DNA of 64,000 nt. It comes from Deltaproteobacteria bacterium (lineage in GTDB: Bacteria > Myxococcota_A > Polyangia > Polyangiales > Houyiibacteriaceae). Under the pieces are notes generated by a model. It was not told the origin of the DNA, did no database searches, and worked only from the letters and a program-made list of their open reading frames with translations. The translations under genes were made by a program, and so were the position numbers. Below are positions 48,417 to 59,083 of the stretch, one piece after another. Location: the NCBI GenBank assembly GCA_034670305.1, contig JAXMNT010000033.1, positions 20,386 to 84,385 on the forward strand, in the 5' to 3' direction. The number at the start of each line of letters is the position of its first letter. The first letter of the stretch is position 1.

Positions 48417-49097
48417 CTACGACGGGCGAGGCGCTTCGAGTTCGTGCGCGAGCGCATCGAGGAACTGCTCGAGCACCTTCACCCGCCGCGTCGCCTCCTC
48501 TCGACCGAGCGGCGTCAAGAACGTCGCGGGCAGGCCGAGCAACTTGGTGAAGAAGTGGTCGACGCTGAACCGACGATCGTCGAGCGCCCGGTCGGACGCC
48601 CATGGATCGGCGGGATGAAAGTAGACCGCCCCCATGCGGCCGCCGGTGGAGATCGTCCGGCAGAGGCCGATCGCGCCCAGGGCCTCCAGCCGGTCGGCGT
48701 CTTGGAGCGCACGCCCGAGGTCGCTCTCGGGGACCGCGCCGCGGCTGAAGCTGTGATCTCGAATCGCCGCCGCGATCTCCGCGACCGCCTCTTCTTCGAG
48801 GTGGGGACCCAAGAGATCGGCCGCCGCCTCCGCGCTTCGAACGCTGGCCAAGTGCCGGTCGGGCGCGTCCTTCGGAACGTTCACGAGGTCGTGCAGGAGC
48901 GCCGCGAGGATCGCGTGGCGCACCGGCACCTCGGGGGCGAGCCGCATCGTCCATCGCGCCACGCGGGTGCAGTGTTCGAGATCGTGCGCGGGATCCGCGC
49001 TGTCCTGTGCGAGGGCCCCAACGAGCGCGTCGCGGGCGAGGGTGAGCACGGGATCGCGGGCGATCTGATCGGCGATGTCCGGGGAGGTCTGGGCCAT
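48417..49097 (-). CDS. HD-domain phosphohydrolase (YedJ-like)
   Basis: AHD..H..RV, LLHD, HSFS, QDADRLEALGAIG, HFF.KL. Confidence 0.92.
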   Translation of the reverse strand: MAQTSPDIADQIARDPVLTLARDALVGALAQDSADPAHDLEHCTRVARWTMRLAPEVPVRHAILAALLHDLVNVPKDAPDRHLASVRSAEAAADLLGPHLEEEAVAEIAAAIRDHSFSRGAVPESDLGRALQDADRLEALGAIGLCRTISTGGRMGAVYFHPADPWASDRALDDRRFSVDHFFTKLLGLPATFLTPLGREEATRRVKVLEQFLDALAHELEAPRPS

Positions 49098-49139
49098 TCG
49101 CAGAAGCTAACAAACCCGGTGCTGTCTTTCCGAAACGCC

Positions 49140-50303
49140 GTGCGCCGCGTCGGTCGGTTTCTCGCCCGCCGAGGCGGCGCCCTCGTGGCACTCGGTGCGT
49201 TGGTCTACGTGGCCTTCGGAACGAGTGCGCCGGCCTCCGCGCAGTTGGAGATCGCATGGGAGGCGCCCGAGGATTGTCCGGACGCGGACGAACTGCGCCG
49301 CCGAGTCCGAGCTTCGCTCGGTGCGGACGTCGACGTACCGCTCCGCGTCTCCGGTCAGCTTCGTCCCGAAGCAGAGGGCTGGGTGCTGGAGCTGCGGGTC
49401 GGCGACGGGGAGCGGGTGCTCCGGGGGCAGTCGTGTTCCGCCCTCACCGACGCGGCCGCATTCATCACCGCGCTCGCCCTCCACCCGGATGTGCGGGGGC
49501 GGGACCCAGCCGGCGGTGAGACCGAAGCGGAGCCGACCCCCGAACAATGGCGGCTGGCGGTCCGCGACGAGGTGGCCACGCGGCTCTCGCCTCCAGCGGG
49601 CGGCGTGCCGGACCGCGCGGACGAGCCCACCCTGGACGAACCCGACGAGCCCAACCCGGTCGCACCCAACCCAGACGCACCCAACCCGGACGCACCCAAC
49701 CCGGACGCGTCCAACCCAGACGCACCCAACCCAGACGCACCCAACCCGGACGACCCCGAGCCGAGTGTGAACGTCCCACTCGACCTGCTTCAGGGGGCGG
49801 CGCTTCATCTCTCGTCCGGCCTCGAGTTCGGGAGCCTGCCGTCGCCCAGCCCGCGCTTCGATCTCGGTGCGCGCTGGCCGGTTCGGACCCGGGGCCTGTT
49901 GGGCATCGGCCTGATGGCCGTCCTGCCCAAGTCTGCCGCTGCGCTGCCCCACCCGTCGGCGCGGGGCCGGGTCTGGTTGGCCTCCGCGGTGTTCGAGGGC
50001 GGCGTGGTCCGCACCTTCCGGCGGTTCTCCGCCGAAGCCGCCGGGATCACCGAATTCGGGTGGATGGTGGGATCCGGCCACGGCGTCTCCGAACCCGGCC
50101 GCGGGCGGAGCGTGTGGTTCGCGGCGGGCATCGCCGCGCGGGCCGGAGTCCGGCTCGGGCACCGCTGGAGGCTCGCATTCGAAGGGGATCTGCGGATTCC
50201 GCTGTTGCGGCCGGGGTTCGGCATCGAGGGCGCGGGCGAAGTGCATCGCGTTCCGTCGATCGTGGGCCGCGCAGGGATCGATCTCAGCGTACACTTTCGG
50301 TGA
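49140..50303 (+). CDS. Exported protein (WEAPxxCP N-domain, Pro-rich linker, probable beta-barrel C-terminus) of an ECF module
   Basis: Signal peptide, W.AP..CP..C motif, (PNPDA)n repeat at about 49650-49752, alternating beta pattern ending near Phe. Confidence 0.7.
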   Translation: MRRVGRFLARRGGALVALGALVYVAFGTSAPASAQLEIAWEAPEDCPDADELRRRVRASLGADVDVPLRVSGQLRPEAEGWVLELRVGDGERVLRGQSCSALTDAAAFITALALHPDVRGRDPAGGETEAEPTPEQWRLAVRDEVATRLSPPAGGVPDRADEPTLDEPDEPNPVAPNPDAPNPDAPNPDASNPDAPNPDAPNPDDPEPSVNVPLDLLQGAALHLSSGLEFGSLPSPSPRFDLGARWPVRTRGLLGIGLMAVLPKSAAALPHPSARGRVWLASAVFEGGVVRTFRRFSAEAAGITEFGWMVGSGHGVSEPGRGRSVWFAAGIAARAGVRLGHRWRLAFEGDLRIPLLRPGFGIEGAGEVHRVPSIVGRAGIDLSVHFR

Positions 50304-50409
50304 CGGATCCCACCTTTCCCCTCCACTCCGGGGGGTGTTCACCGCTGCAGCCCCCGCTCCAGGGAAACCGGCGCCGCCGGCCGACTCCGGTCAGAGTGGG
50401 GTGCATCCC

Positions 50410-50928
50410 ATGTCCCAACTCGACCTCGGCACGGTCTACGAGGCCCACTTCGACTTCGTCTGGCGGACGGCGCGGCGGCTCGGCGTGAGCGACGCGTTCG
50501 TCGACGACGTGGTGCAGGACGTGTTCTTGGTGGTGCACCGGAAGCTCCCCGAGTTCGAGGGGCGCTCGAGCGTGAAGACCTGGCTCTATGCGATCGCCCG
50601 CCGCGTGGTCAGCGATCATCGGCGCCGCGCCTGCCAGCGCAAACCGCACACGCCGATCTCGGATGCGATGGTCGCGACCGGCGCCTCCCCGGACGAGCGC
50701 GCCGCGCGCCAACAAGCGGCGGTGCTTCTTCACGGCTTTCTGGATTCGTTGCCCGACGAACAACGGGAAGTGTTCGTGCTTTCGGAGTTGGAACAGATGA
50801 CCGCGCCCGAGATCGAAGAAGCCACCGGTGCGAACGTCAACACCGTCTATTCGCGCCTCCGACTGGCTCGAAAAGCGTTCGAGCGGGTGGTGGCTCGAGA
50901 AGAAGCCCGGCGAGGGAGCGAACGATGA
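50410..50928 (+). CDS. ECF RNA polymerase sigma factor
   Basis: Region 2 DDVVQDVF..TWLY.IA; region 4 LP..QREVF.L.E..NTV.SRLRLAR. Confidence 0.95.
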   Translation: MSQLDLGTVYEAHFDFVWRTARRLGVSDAFVDDVVQDVFLVVHRKLPEFEGRSSVKTWLYAIARRVVSDHRRRACQRKPHTPISDAMVATGASPDERAARQQAAVLLHGFLDSLPDEQREVFVLSELEQMTAPEIEEATGANVNTVYSRLRLARKAFERVVAREEARRGSER

Positions 50929-51845
50929 ACGACGAAGACATCCCGGGCCTGAGCGACTCCGCCCGCAACGTGCTGGATCTCGCACGCGACGTCGACGATC
51001 CGACAGCGCCCGACCGAGCGCGGGTGCGCCGAAAGGTGTTCGCCGCCGCGGCCGCCGGTGCCGCCGCCGGCGTGGTCGGCGGTGCCGCCGCGTCTGCATC
51101 CGCCCCGCCAGCCGCCGCCGCGACCGGTGCAGCGTCCACCGCGGCCGTCGCGGGTTCGACCGCTGGCGCCGCGTCGCTCGGGGCCGCCGGCATCGCGACC
51201 TCCGGTGCGGTCCTCGGCAAGGCAGCCCTCGCCGTCGCACTCGTGGTCGGCTCGGTGACCGCCGTGGTCTCCGAACCGTGGTCCGACCCTGCCGAGGGCG
51301 AAGTCGCCCACGAGACCACCGCCAGTTCGATGCCCGCCCCGAGTTCCGCCGACGCGCCGGCCCACGGGACAACCCAACCGGAGACGCAGCCGGCAGTGCT
51401 GGCTTCGGGAACCGCAGTGCTGGCTTCGGGAACCGCAGTGCTGGCTTCGGGAACCGCAGCGATCGAGGCAACGGAAGTGGCCCCATCGACGCCCGTCGTC
51501 GAGGAGCTCGAGCCGCCGGCCCGCGCCCGCACCGCCGAGCCGACCGAGCCGGCCGAGCCGACCGCCGAGCCGGGCACGGTCGAAGACTCGCTCGCCGAAG
51601 AGGTGGCGCTCTTGCAGCGCGCCCGCGCGCAGTTGGCCGCCGGCGACGCGGACAGCGCGCTCGCCACCCTCCACCGCCACCGCGCCCTCTACCCCACCGG
51701 CACCCTCGCCGCCGAACGCGACGGCACCCTCGCCCTCACCCTCTGCGCCCACCCCGACCGAGACGGCCACCCCGCCGCCCGCGCCTTCCTCACCGCCCAC
51801 CCCCGCTCCCCGCTCTCGCCCCGCATCCGCGCCTGCCTCGAGTAG
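50925..51845 (+). CDS. Putative anti-sigma factor (TM segment, C-terminal TPR-like helices)
   Basis: ATGA-coupled to the ECF gene; LAEE..LL.RA...L..GD...AL..L..H...YP.G.L..ER. Confidence 0.75.
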   Translation: MNDEDIPGLSDSARNVLDLARDVDDPTAPDRARVRRKVFAAAAAGAAAGVVGGAAASASAPPAAAATGAASTAAVAGSTAGAASLGAAGIATSGAVLGKAALAVALVVGSVTAVVSEPWSDPAEGEVAHETTASSMPAPSSADAPAHGTTQPETQPAVLASGTAVLASGTAVLASGTAAIEATEVAPSTPVVEELEPPARARTAEPTEPAEPTAEPGTVEDSLAEEVALLQRARAQLAAGDADSALATLHRHRALYPTGTLAAERDGTLALTLCAHPDRDGHPAARAFLTAHPRSPLSPRIRACLE

Positions 51846-52002
51846 GCGGCGGCGTCGGCTTCGGATTCGGTTTCGGTGTCGGCTTCGGCTTCGGCTTCGG
51901 ATTCGGATTCGGATTCGGCTTCGGATTCGGAGTCGGCTTCGGCTTCGCTTTCGGGTTCGTGCCTTGAGGGCAGGGGCAACGGCAAGGGCAGGGGCAAGGG
52001 GC
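51846..52002. repeat. Intergenic (TCGGMT)n plus (GGGCAR)n repeat
   Basis: Begins immediately after a TAG stop. Confidence 0.9.
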
Positions 52003-52056
52003 TGGCGACGCCAATCGCGCATCGGTGGATTCGGCTTCGCCGGCCTCCACGCCCAT

Positions 52057-52079
52057 AGTGTCTAGTGGCACTTGACACT
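52057..52079. promoter_or_regulatory. 23-bp imperfect palindromic operator overlapping a TTGACA -35 box
   Basis: AGTGTCTAGTG-G-CACTTGACACT; TTGACA at 52072-52077. Confidence 0.65.
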
Positions 52080-52106
52080 GTACGCTCTGACTGCCACAAC
52101 GTCTTC

Positions 52107-53258
52107 ATGGCCGCAGTCGACTGGATCCCCCGAACCCTCTTGGAGCAGGCCGCGCGCAGCCGCCGCGACGCCGCGTTTCTCTGGGAAACACTGGTCATGG
52201 GCCGGCAGCCCTCCCCGCTCGTCGCCCGCCCCCACCGACCGCACTCGGCGGTGGTGCAGCTGCGGGGTCTCAAGACGCGGGCCCTTCTCGTCGACGAGGT
52301 CGTGCAGGAGACACCCGACGCGGTCTCGATCTACCTCACCGAGTCCGACGGCAGCGAGATCGCCCACGAGGCGGGTCAGTTTCTCACCGTCGAGCTCGTC
52401 GTGGATGGCGTGCCGCTCCGGCGCGCCTACTCGCTCGCGAACGCGGCGCTGACTGGCCACCGGCGACACATCACCGTCAAACGCATGCCCGGCGGGCGGG
52501 TCTCGACGCGGCTGGTCGTGTCCCCTCCGAAGACGCTCGACGTGCTCGGTCCCTCGGGCGCGTTCACCGCACCGGCCGACGCGGACCGCATCGTGGCCAT
52601 CGCGGGCGGCAGCGGCATCACACCGATCATGTCGATCGTCGAGACGGCCCTGCGCACCTCTTCGGCATCGGTCGTGCTGCTCTACGGAAACCGCAGCCAG
52701 ACCGACACCATCTTCTTCGACCGGCTCGAGCGGCTCTTCCTCGAGTTCCCGAACCGGCTCCGGATCGAACACGTCTGGGACACGCTGCTGGACGAAGCCA
52801 CCCAGCGCGCGCGCCTCCGCCCGCACCTCTCGGACGACGCCCACTACTTCCTCTGTGGCCCGACACCGATGATCGACGCGTCGCAGCGCGCCCTCGCCGA
52901 CGTGCCGAGCGCGCGGGTGCACGTCGAGCGGTTCACCCAGCCCGAGAAGCGCGCCCAGTCCGAGTCTCGAACCAGCGACGCCTCGCCCGGTCCACATCCG
53001 GTGCAGATCCGCCTCGGCCGCGATCACCGCACGGTCGAGGTCAGCGGCACGTTGCTCGAAGCGGGACTGCAAGCCGGACTCCCGATGCCCTTCAGTTGCG
53101 CGATGGGCGGGTGCGCCGCGTGCAAAGTGAAGCTCGTGGACGGGTCGGTCGCGATGCAGGAGCCGTCGTGCCTCACCGACGAAGAGCACGCCGAGGGGTG
53201 GGTGCTCGCGTGCTGCTCGACGCCCACGAGCCCGTGCACGATCGAGGTGCCTTCGTGA
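52107..53258 (+). CDS. FAD/NAD(P)H reductase with C-terminal [2Fe-2S] ferredoxin (PaaE/KshB-like)
   Basis: RAYSL, GRVS, AGGSGITP, CGP, ERF; SCAMGGCAAC...LACC. Confidence 0.93.
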   Translation: MAAVDWIPRTLLEQAARSRRDAAFLWETLVMGRQPSPLVARPHRPHSAVVQLRGLKTRALLVDEVVQETPDAVSIYLTESDGSEIAHEAGQFLTVELVVDGVPLRRAYSLANAALTGHRRHITVKRMPGGRVSTRLVVSPPKTLDVLGPSGAFTAPADADRIVAIAGGSGITPIMSIVETALRTSSASVVLLYGNRSQTDTIFFDRLERLFLEFPNRLRIEHVWDTLLDEATQRARLRPHLSDDAHYFLCGPTPMIDASQRALADVPSARVHVERFTQPEKRAQSESRTSDASPGPHPVQIRLGRDHRTVEVSGTLLEAGLQAGLPMPFSCAMGGCAACKVKLVDGSVAMQEPSCLTDEEHAEGWVLACCSTPTSPCTIEVPS

Positions 53259-54033
53259 GCAAAGAGAACACCGACGCCAGCACCGAGACCACGCGAAGTG
53301 CGGACCGCGATCACCACGACCATCCGCTCCGCATGAAGGACCTGTGCGAAGCGAGCGGGCTCGACCGTCAGGCGATCCATTTCTACATCCAGCAGGGGCT
53401 GCTGCCCGCCGGCAAGAAGACCGGCCGCAACATGGCCTGGTACTCGGACGCGCACGTCGAGCGGCTGCTGCTCATCAAGAAGCTGCAGCACGAACGGTTC
53501 CTGCCGCTCAAAGCCATCAAAGCGATGCTGGACGGACGCGAGGAGGAGTTCGCGCCAGCGCAACACCGGTTCCTCGTCCGGCTCAAAGGCGCGCTCACCG
53601 GACCGCTCGCCCCGGAGGAGCGCGGCCGAACCATCGCGGCCGCGATCGTGCTCGAACGCTCGGGCGTGGAGCGCCGCGATCTCGACGAGGCGATCGAACT
53701 CGACCTCGTCGCGAGCCAGGAGATCGAAGGCGAACTTCACATCGCGGAAGCCGACGCCTGGATGATCGATCTCTTCGGTCAGATGCGGAAGCTCGGGTTC
53801 ACCCGCGATCTGGGCTTCACCGTTCGAGACGTCGCGTTCTATCAGGACGCGATGATGCGCCTCTTTCGAGAAGAGATTCGACTGCTCAGCCGCCGCCTCT
53901 CGCACCTGCCGGCCGACGACGTCGCGCCGATGATCGAGCAGGCCCTCCCCGTCATTCACACCTTCATCACCCGCTACCACGGAGCGCGCGTGCGCGACTT
54001 CTTCGCTTCCGTCGAAGACGAACCGAGAGAACC

Positions 54034-54037
<4 letters not shown>
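53255..54037 (+). CDS. MerR-family transcriptional regulator
   Basis: MKDL..ASG....IHFY...GLLP, Y...H..RL..I..L, LPL..IK; GTGA coupled. Confidence 0.9.
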
Positions 54038-55323
<1,286 letters not shown>

Positions 55324-55521
55324 CTGCCTTCAGACGCGGAAACCTTCCCCTCAGAACGACGGAGGGGCAAGTTGAACGCGCCGCTGGGTAATCGACTGTG
55401 CGCGCTGGCTCGCCGCGAGGCTGGGCGCTCGCTGTCGAGGTTCAGGTCCGTGGGGAGGGACCTACCGCGAACGGGCTTCACCCACGTGGGGGCGCGCGGG
55501 CGTCGGTGTTAGACTGTCTTC

Positions 55522-55911
55522 GTGCCCTTGAGTCAGCCACCGCCCGCGCTTCACCAGGACTCGCCCATCGTGGGTGTCCGGGAGGTCCGCGTGGCGAGCG
55601 TGGATGGCGGGAGCGTGCAGCGGCTGAAGATGGCGCTGCACGGCGTGGCCCGGGTCGGGGTGGCGATGCATCTGTCGGATCTCTGGACGCTCACCGCCGG
55701 GGACATCGTCGTGCTCGACGCCTGCACGCCCTCGATCCACCTCGAACAAGCGGCCACCGCACTCTTCGAGACGCGCGCCACTGTCGTCGTCTGGGGCGCC
55801 CAGCGCGCCCACCGAGACCGGCTCGTCGGATGCAGGGCGGAACGGTGGGTGTTCGTGCCTCAAGACACCACCGCACGCGAGCTCGCCGAAATCCTCGGCG
55901 GGCTGCTCTAG
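55522..55911 (+). CDS. Hypothetical protein, degenerate receiver-like fold possible
   Basis: DIVVLDA motif; stop overlaps the convergent kinase stop (CTAG). Confidence 0.5.
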   Translation: MPLSQPPPALHQDSPIVGVREVRVASVDGGSVQRLKMALHGVARVGVAMHLSDLWTLTAGDIVVLDACTPSIHLEQAATALFETRATVVVWGAQRAHRDRLVGCRAERWVFVPQDTTARELAEILGGLL

Positions 55912-58316
55912 CGGCGAATCATCACGGACGGCCGCATGGTCGTCGGGGGATCGCGCTCGACGACCGGTGGCTGAACGGGATCGGGATCGGGATCCGGATC
56001 GGTGTTCGTCGTGGTGCCGCCGCCCGTCGACCCGCTGCGTTCGAGTTGCCGGATGCGCCTTTCGGCGGTCTGGAGAGCGCGCTGGGCCTGGTCGCGCTCG
56101 GCTTCGGCGCTCCGCTGCTCGGCACGCGCCGCGTCGCGTTCGCGCTCCGCCGCCGCCACCCTCGTCTCCGCTTCCGCCAGCGCTCGACGCGCCGACTCGC
56201 GTTCGCGGTCGAACGCCTCCACCTCCGCCCGCGCTCGATCGCGTTCGGCCGAGAGGGCGGCCTCGCGCCGTTGCGCTTGCGCGAGCTGTGCGTCGCGGTC
56301 GGTGACCTGCGACTCCAGGGTCGCGATGCGCTGACGCTCGGTCGCGAGGGCGCGTTCGGCGGTCTGAAGCGATGCGCGGGCGGCGTCGCGTTGTTTGTCG
56401 AGTTCGGTGATCTGCCGGCGGTATCGCGCGGACCGGCTCTGCTCGACGCCGAGGCGCCCTTCTTTGTCGGCCAGTTGGGCTTCGAGTTCTTGGCGCGAGA
56501 GCTGCGCGTTCTGGATGCGCGACTCGGCCTCGCGCACGCTGGTCTCGAGCGCAGAACGCTGGGCCGCGGAGTCCTCGAGATCCGCGTGCGCCTCGGCCGC
56601 CTCCATCTCGAGGGCGGCGGCTTTGTCCGCGTGAACTTGCGCTTCGGTCATGAGCCGATGGGCCACGACCCCGAACACGATGAAGAGCGCGAGCACGATC
56701 GGTCCGAAGACCCGCAGCACCCGGAGCCGGCGCGCGCGGCGTTCCTCGGGCTCGGTGAGGACCGCGAGGGCCCCCACGAACTCATCCGCGGTGGGACGCT
56801 CCTCGGGATCGCCGGACAGCCAGCGCTCGAAGTGCGATCGCAAGTACTTCAGATCCGAACTCGTCGGAAGCGGCGGCTTCTCGATGGCGCGTTCGCGAAT
56901 GAATGCGTCCACGTTGCCGCCCACGACGTCCGGTTGGGTCGCTGGTTCGAGCGCGTTGCGCAAGCTCAGCGCGAGCGCGTACACATCCGCCGCCGGTCCG
57001 ATCGGCCGGTCCGGAAACGGGTCGCCCTCGCGGTACGCGAACTGCGCCGCCACCTCCGGCGCGAAGTAGGTCGGCGTGCCCGCGAGCACGAGTTCGGCGT
57101 CGGTCGCCGCGACCCCGAGATCGATCAACACCGGAAGGATCTGCTCGTCGTCGTCCGCGCCGGTCTTGAGCTGCGCCAGGAAGATGTTGTCCGGTTTGAC
57201 GTCCTGATGCCGCATGCCGGATTCGTGCATGGTCGCGAGGGCGCGGGCGAGTGGCTCGAAGATGCGCCGCGCTTCGTCGCGCGGCATCGGTCCGTCCCGA
57301 AGCCGGTCTTCCAGACTCTGCCCCTCGTACCAAGGCATCACGAACCAGAACCGGTCCTCGTGCCAGCCGTGGTCTTTGAACTGGACGATCGACGGGTGGA
57401 ACACGGACGCGATGAGTCGGAGTTCCCGCAGCGCCGCGTCGCGCGACCGCTTCGAGGTCGACGGTTGTTTGAGCAGCTTGAGCGCCACCACGTGGCCATC
57501 GACCCCGAGGTCGCGCGCGCGGTAGACGTCCGCGAACCCGCCGGTGCCGATGTGTTTCATCAGCTCGTACCGGCCATCGAGCACCGTGCCGTCCGGCACC
57601 CGCGTGTCTTCTTCGGATTCGGAGCCGCTGCTGATCTCCGAGGAGAGCTGTTCGAGTGCGAAGGCTTCGAGCAGCGCCTTCGGCATGTCCGACTTGCCGG
57701 TCGAGAACAGCTTGCGCGCTTCTTCCATGGCGGCGTCGAGCCGCGTCTCGACCGCGGCCGGTTCGATCCCGAGGACGAAGGCCATCTCTTCCGTGTCGAG
57801 CGAGCGGGCGTGACGCAGCTCGAGCAGCTCGCGGTCGCCGGAACGGGCGTCTTCGCGGATGGCCCGCACACCGGGCCCCGAACCTTGCCCGAACCACATC
57901 AGCGTCTTGGTCGGCTTGGGCGGTTTGGCGCTGACGAGCTCGTTCGAGAGTTCCCGGGCGAGTCGGAAGAGTCGTGCCCGGATCCCAGGCGGCGAACCGA
58001 GGGTGTCCATGCCGACATCGGCGACCCCATCGCGCAACTTGGCGAAGGCCACCTCCGCTTCGGCGGCGTCTCCGAGCCGGATGGCGAGGTACTGCCGCAG
58101 ACCCTGCGCGTAGTGTCCGAGCGCGGTGCGTTCGAGCACTTCTTGGACCGTGCCCGCGGTGCCGGACACCTTGGCCGCTGCCTCGGCCGCGAGAAGGAGC
58201 GTGCCGTGGGTGCGCTTCCCGTCGGACTTGGCCTTGGAGGTCTGCTTGGCCTGAGTCGCCGACTCGTCCTGCGGGCGCCTCGATGCGCGGGTCTCCTGAG
58301 AATCTGGCTCCGCCAT
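55908..58316 (-). CDS. Ser/Thr kinase with N-terminal sigma-70-like HTH region, TM helix and long coiled coil
   Basis: ELLELRH..SL..EEMAFVLGI....V..RL; GTGGFA, ALK, HQDVKPDN, DLG, GTPTYFAPE; heptad-rich C-terminus. Confidence 0.9.
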   Translation of the reverse strand: MAEPDSQETRASRRPQDESATQAKQTSKAKSDGKRTHGTLLLAAEAAAKVSGTAGTVQEVLERTALGHYAQGLRQYLAIRLGDAAEAEVAFAKLRDGVADVGMDTLGSPPGIRARLFRLARELSNELVSAKPPKPTKTLMWFGQGSGPGVRAIREDARSGDRELLELRHARSLDTEEMAFVLGIEPAAVETRLDAAMEEARKLFSTGKSDMPKALLEAFALEQLSSEISSGSESEEDTRVPDGTVLDGRYELMKHIGTGGFADVYRARDLGVDGHVVALKLLKQPSTSKRSRDAALRELRLIASVFHPSIVQFKDHGWHEDRFWFVMPWYEGQSLEDRLRDGPMPRDEARRIFEPLARALATMHESGMRHQDVKPDNIFLAQLKTGADDDEQILPVLIDLGVAATDAELVLAGTPTYFAPEVAAQFAYREGDPFPDRPIGPAADVYALALSLRNALEPATQPDVVGGNVDAFIRERAIEKPPLPTSSDLKYLRSHFERWLSGDPEERPTADEFVGALAVLTEPEERRARRLRVLRVFGPIVLALFIVFGVVAHRLMTEAQVHADKAAALEMEAAEAHADLEDSAAQRSALETSVREAESRIQNAQLSRQELEAQLADKEGRLGVEQSRSARYRRQITELDKQRDAARASLQTAERALATERQRIATLESQVTDRDAQLAQAQRREAALSAERDRARAEVEAFDRERESARRALAEAETRVAAAERERDAARAEQRSAEAERDQAQRALQTAERRIRQLERSGSTGGGTTTNTDPDPDPDPVQPPVVERDPPTTMRPSVMIRR

Positions 58317-58444
58317 GTGCGGGCAGCATGACTGCTCGGGGACCCGCGGACCAGGCGGGACTGCCGGACGTCGTGCCACCCCGTGCGGAGGTTTGTGGAG
58401 TCCCGGCTCGACACGGCAGCCGCCGGTTGCGAAGCTCGCATTGC

Positions 58445-59020
58445 ATGTTGCGCTCTTGGTTTCTCATCGCGTTGGCCTTGGCCGTCGCCGGCTGCCCCGG
58501 AGACGACGATTCGTTCGATGCAGGCGGCGTCGATGCGCCTGGTCTCGATGCACCCGGCGTCGATGCTCCTGGCGTCGATGCACCACGACCCGACGCGCCC
58601 GGGATCGACGTGGGCCCGGTCCCCCCACGGGTGGAGATCGGCACCGGCCTCACCGAGTTCATCGAAGTCGCCGACGGCGCGGACGTGGAACTCGTCGCCG
58701 GTCCTCAGGGTGGCTGGCACGTCGACGTGGCGCTGCGTCTGTACGGCATGGAGCCGATGGACATGCGCCTGCGCATCGAAGGCCGCAACGACGCCACCGG
58801 AGACGTGGTCACGGTGCCGGTCGAACGCATTCTCACCACCCGGCGCGTGCGGGACATGGGCGACCACTACCTGCGCCTCGGCGACCAGACGGTGTTCATG
58901 GTGCTCGGTCCCGAAGAAGCGCGGGACATCGACCTGCGCATCGACGTGACCGCGACGCCCGTCGAGGGCGAGGGCGCCAGCGCCCAGAAGATCGTGCACG
59001 TCGTCGACGAAGTCGAGTAG
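58445..59020 (+). CDS. Putative lipoprotein with (GVDAP)n linker
   Basis: VAGC lipobox; EIGTG...F, GPQGG.H. Confidence 0.78.
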   Translation: MLRSWFLIALALAVAGCPGDDDSFDAGGVDAPGLDAPGVDAPGVDAPRPDAPGIDVGPVPPRVEIGTGLTEFIEVADGADVELVAGPQGGWHVDVALRLYGMEPMDMRLRIEGRNDATGDVVTVPVERILTTRRVRDMGDHYLRLGDQTVFMVLGPEEARDIDLRIDVTATPVEGEGASAQKIVHVVDEVE

Positions 59021-59083
59021 GCGCGCGGCCGCGGTTGCGGCTTTGTTTCGGAGGCGCCGCGATCCAAGGCAGGATCTCATTCC

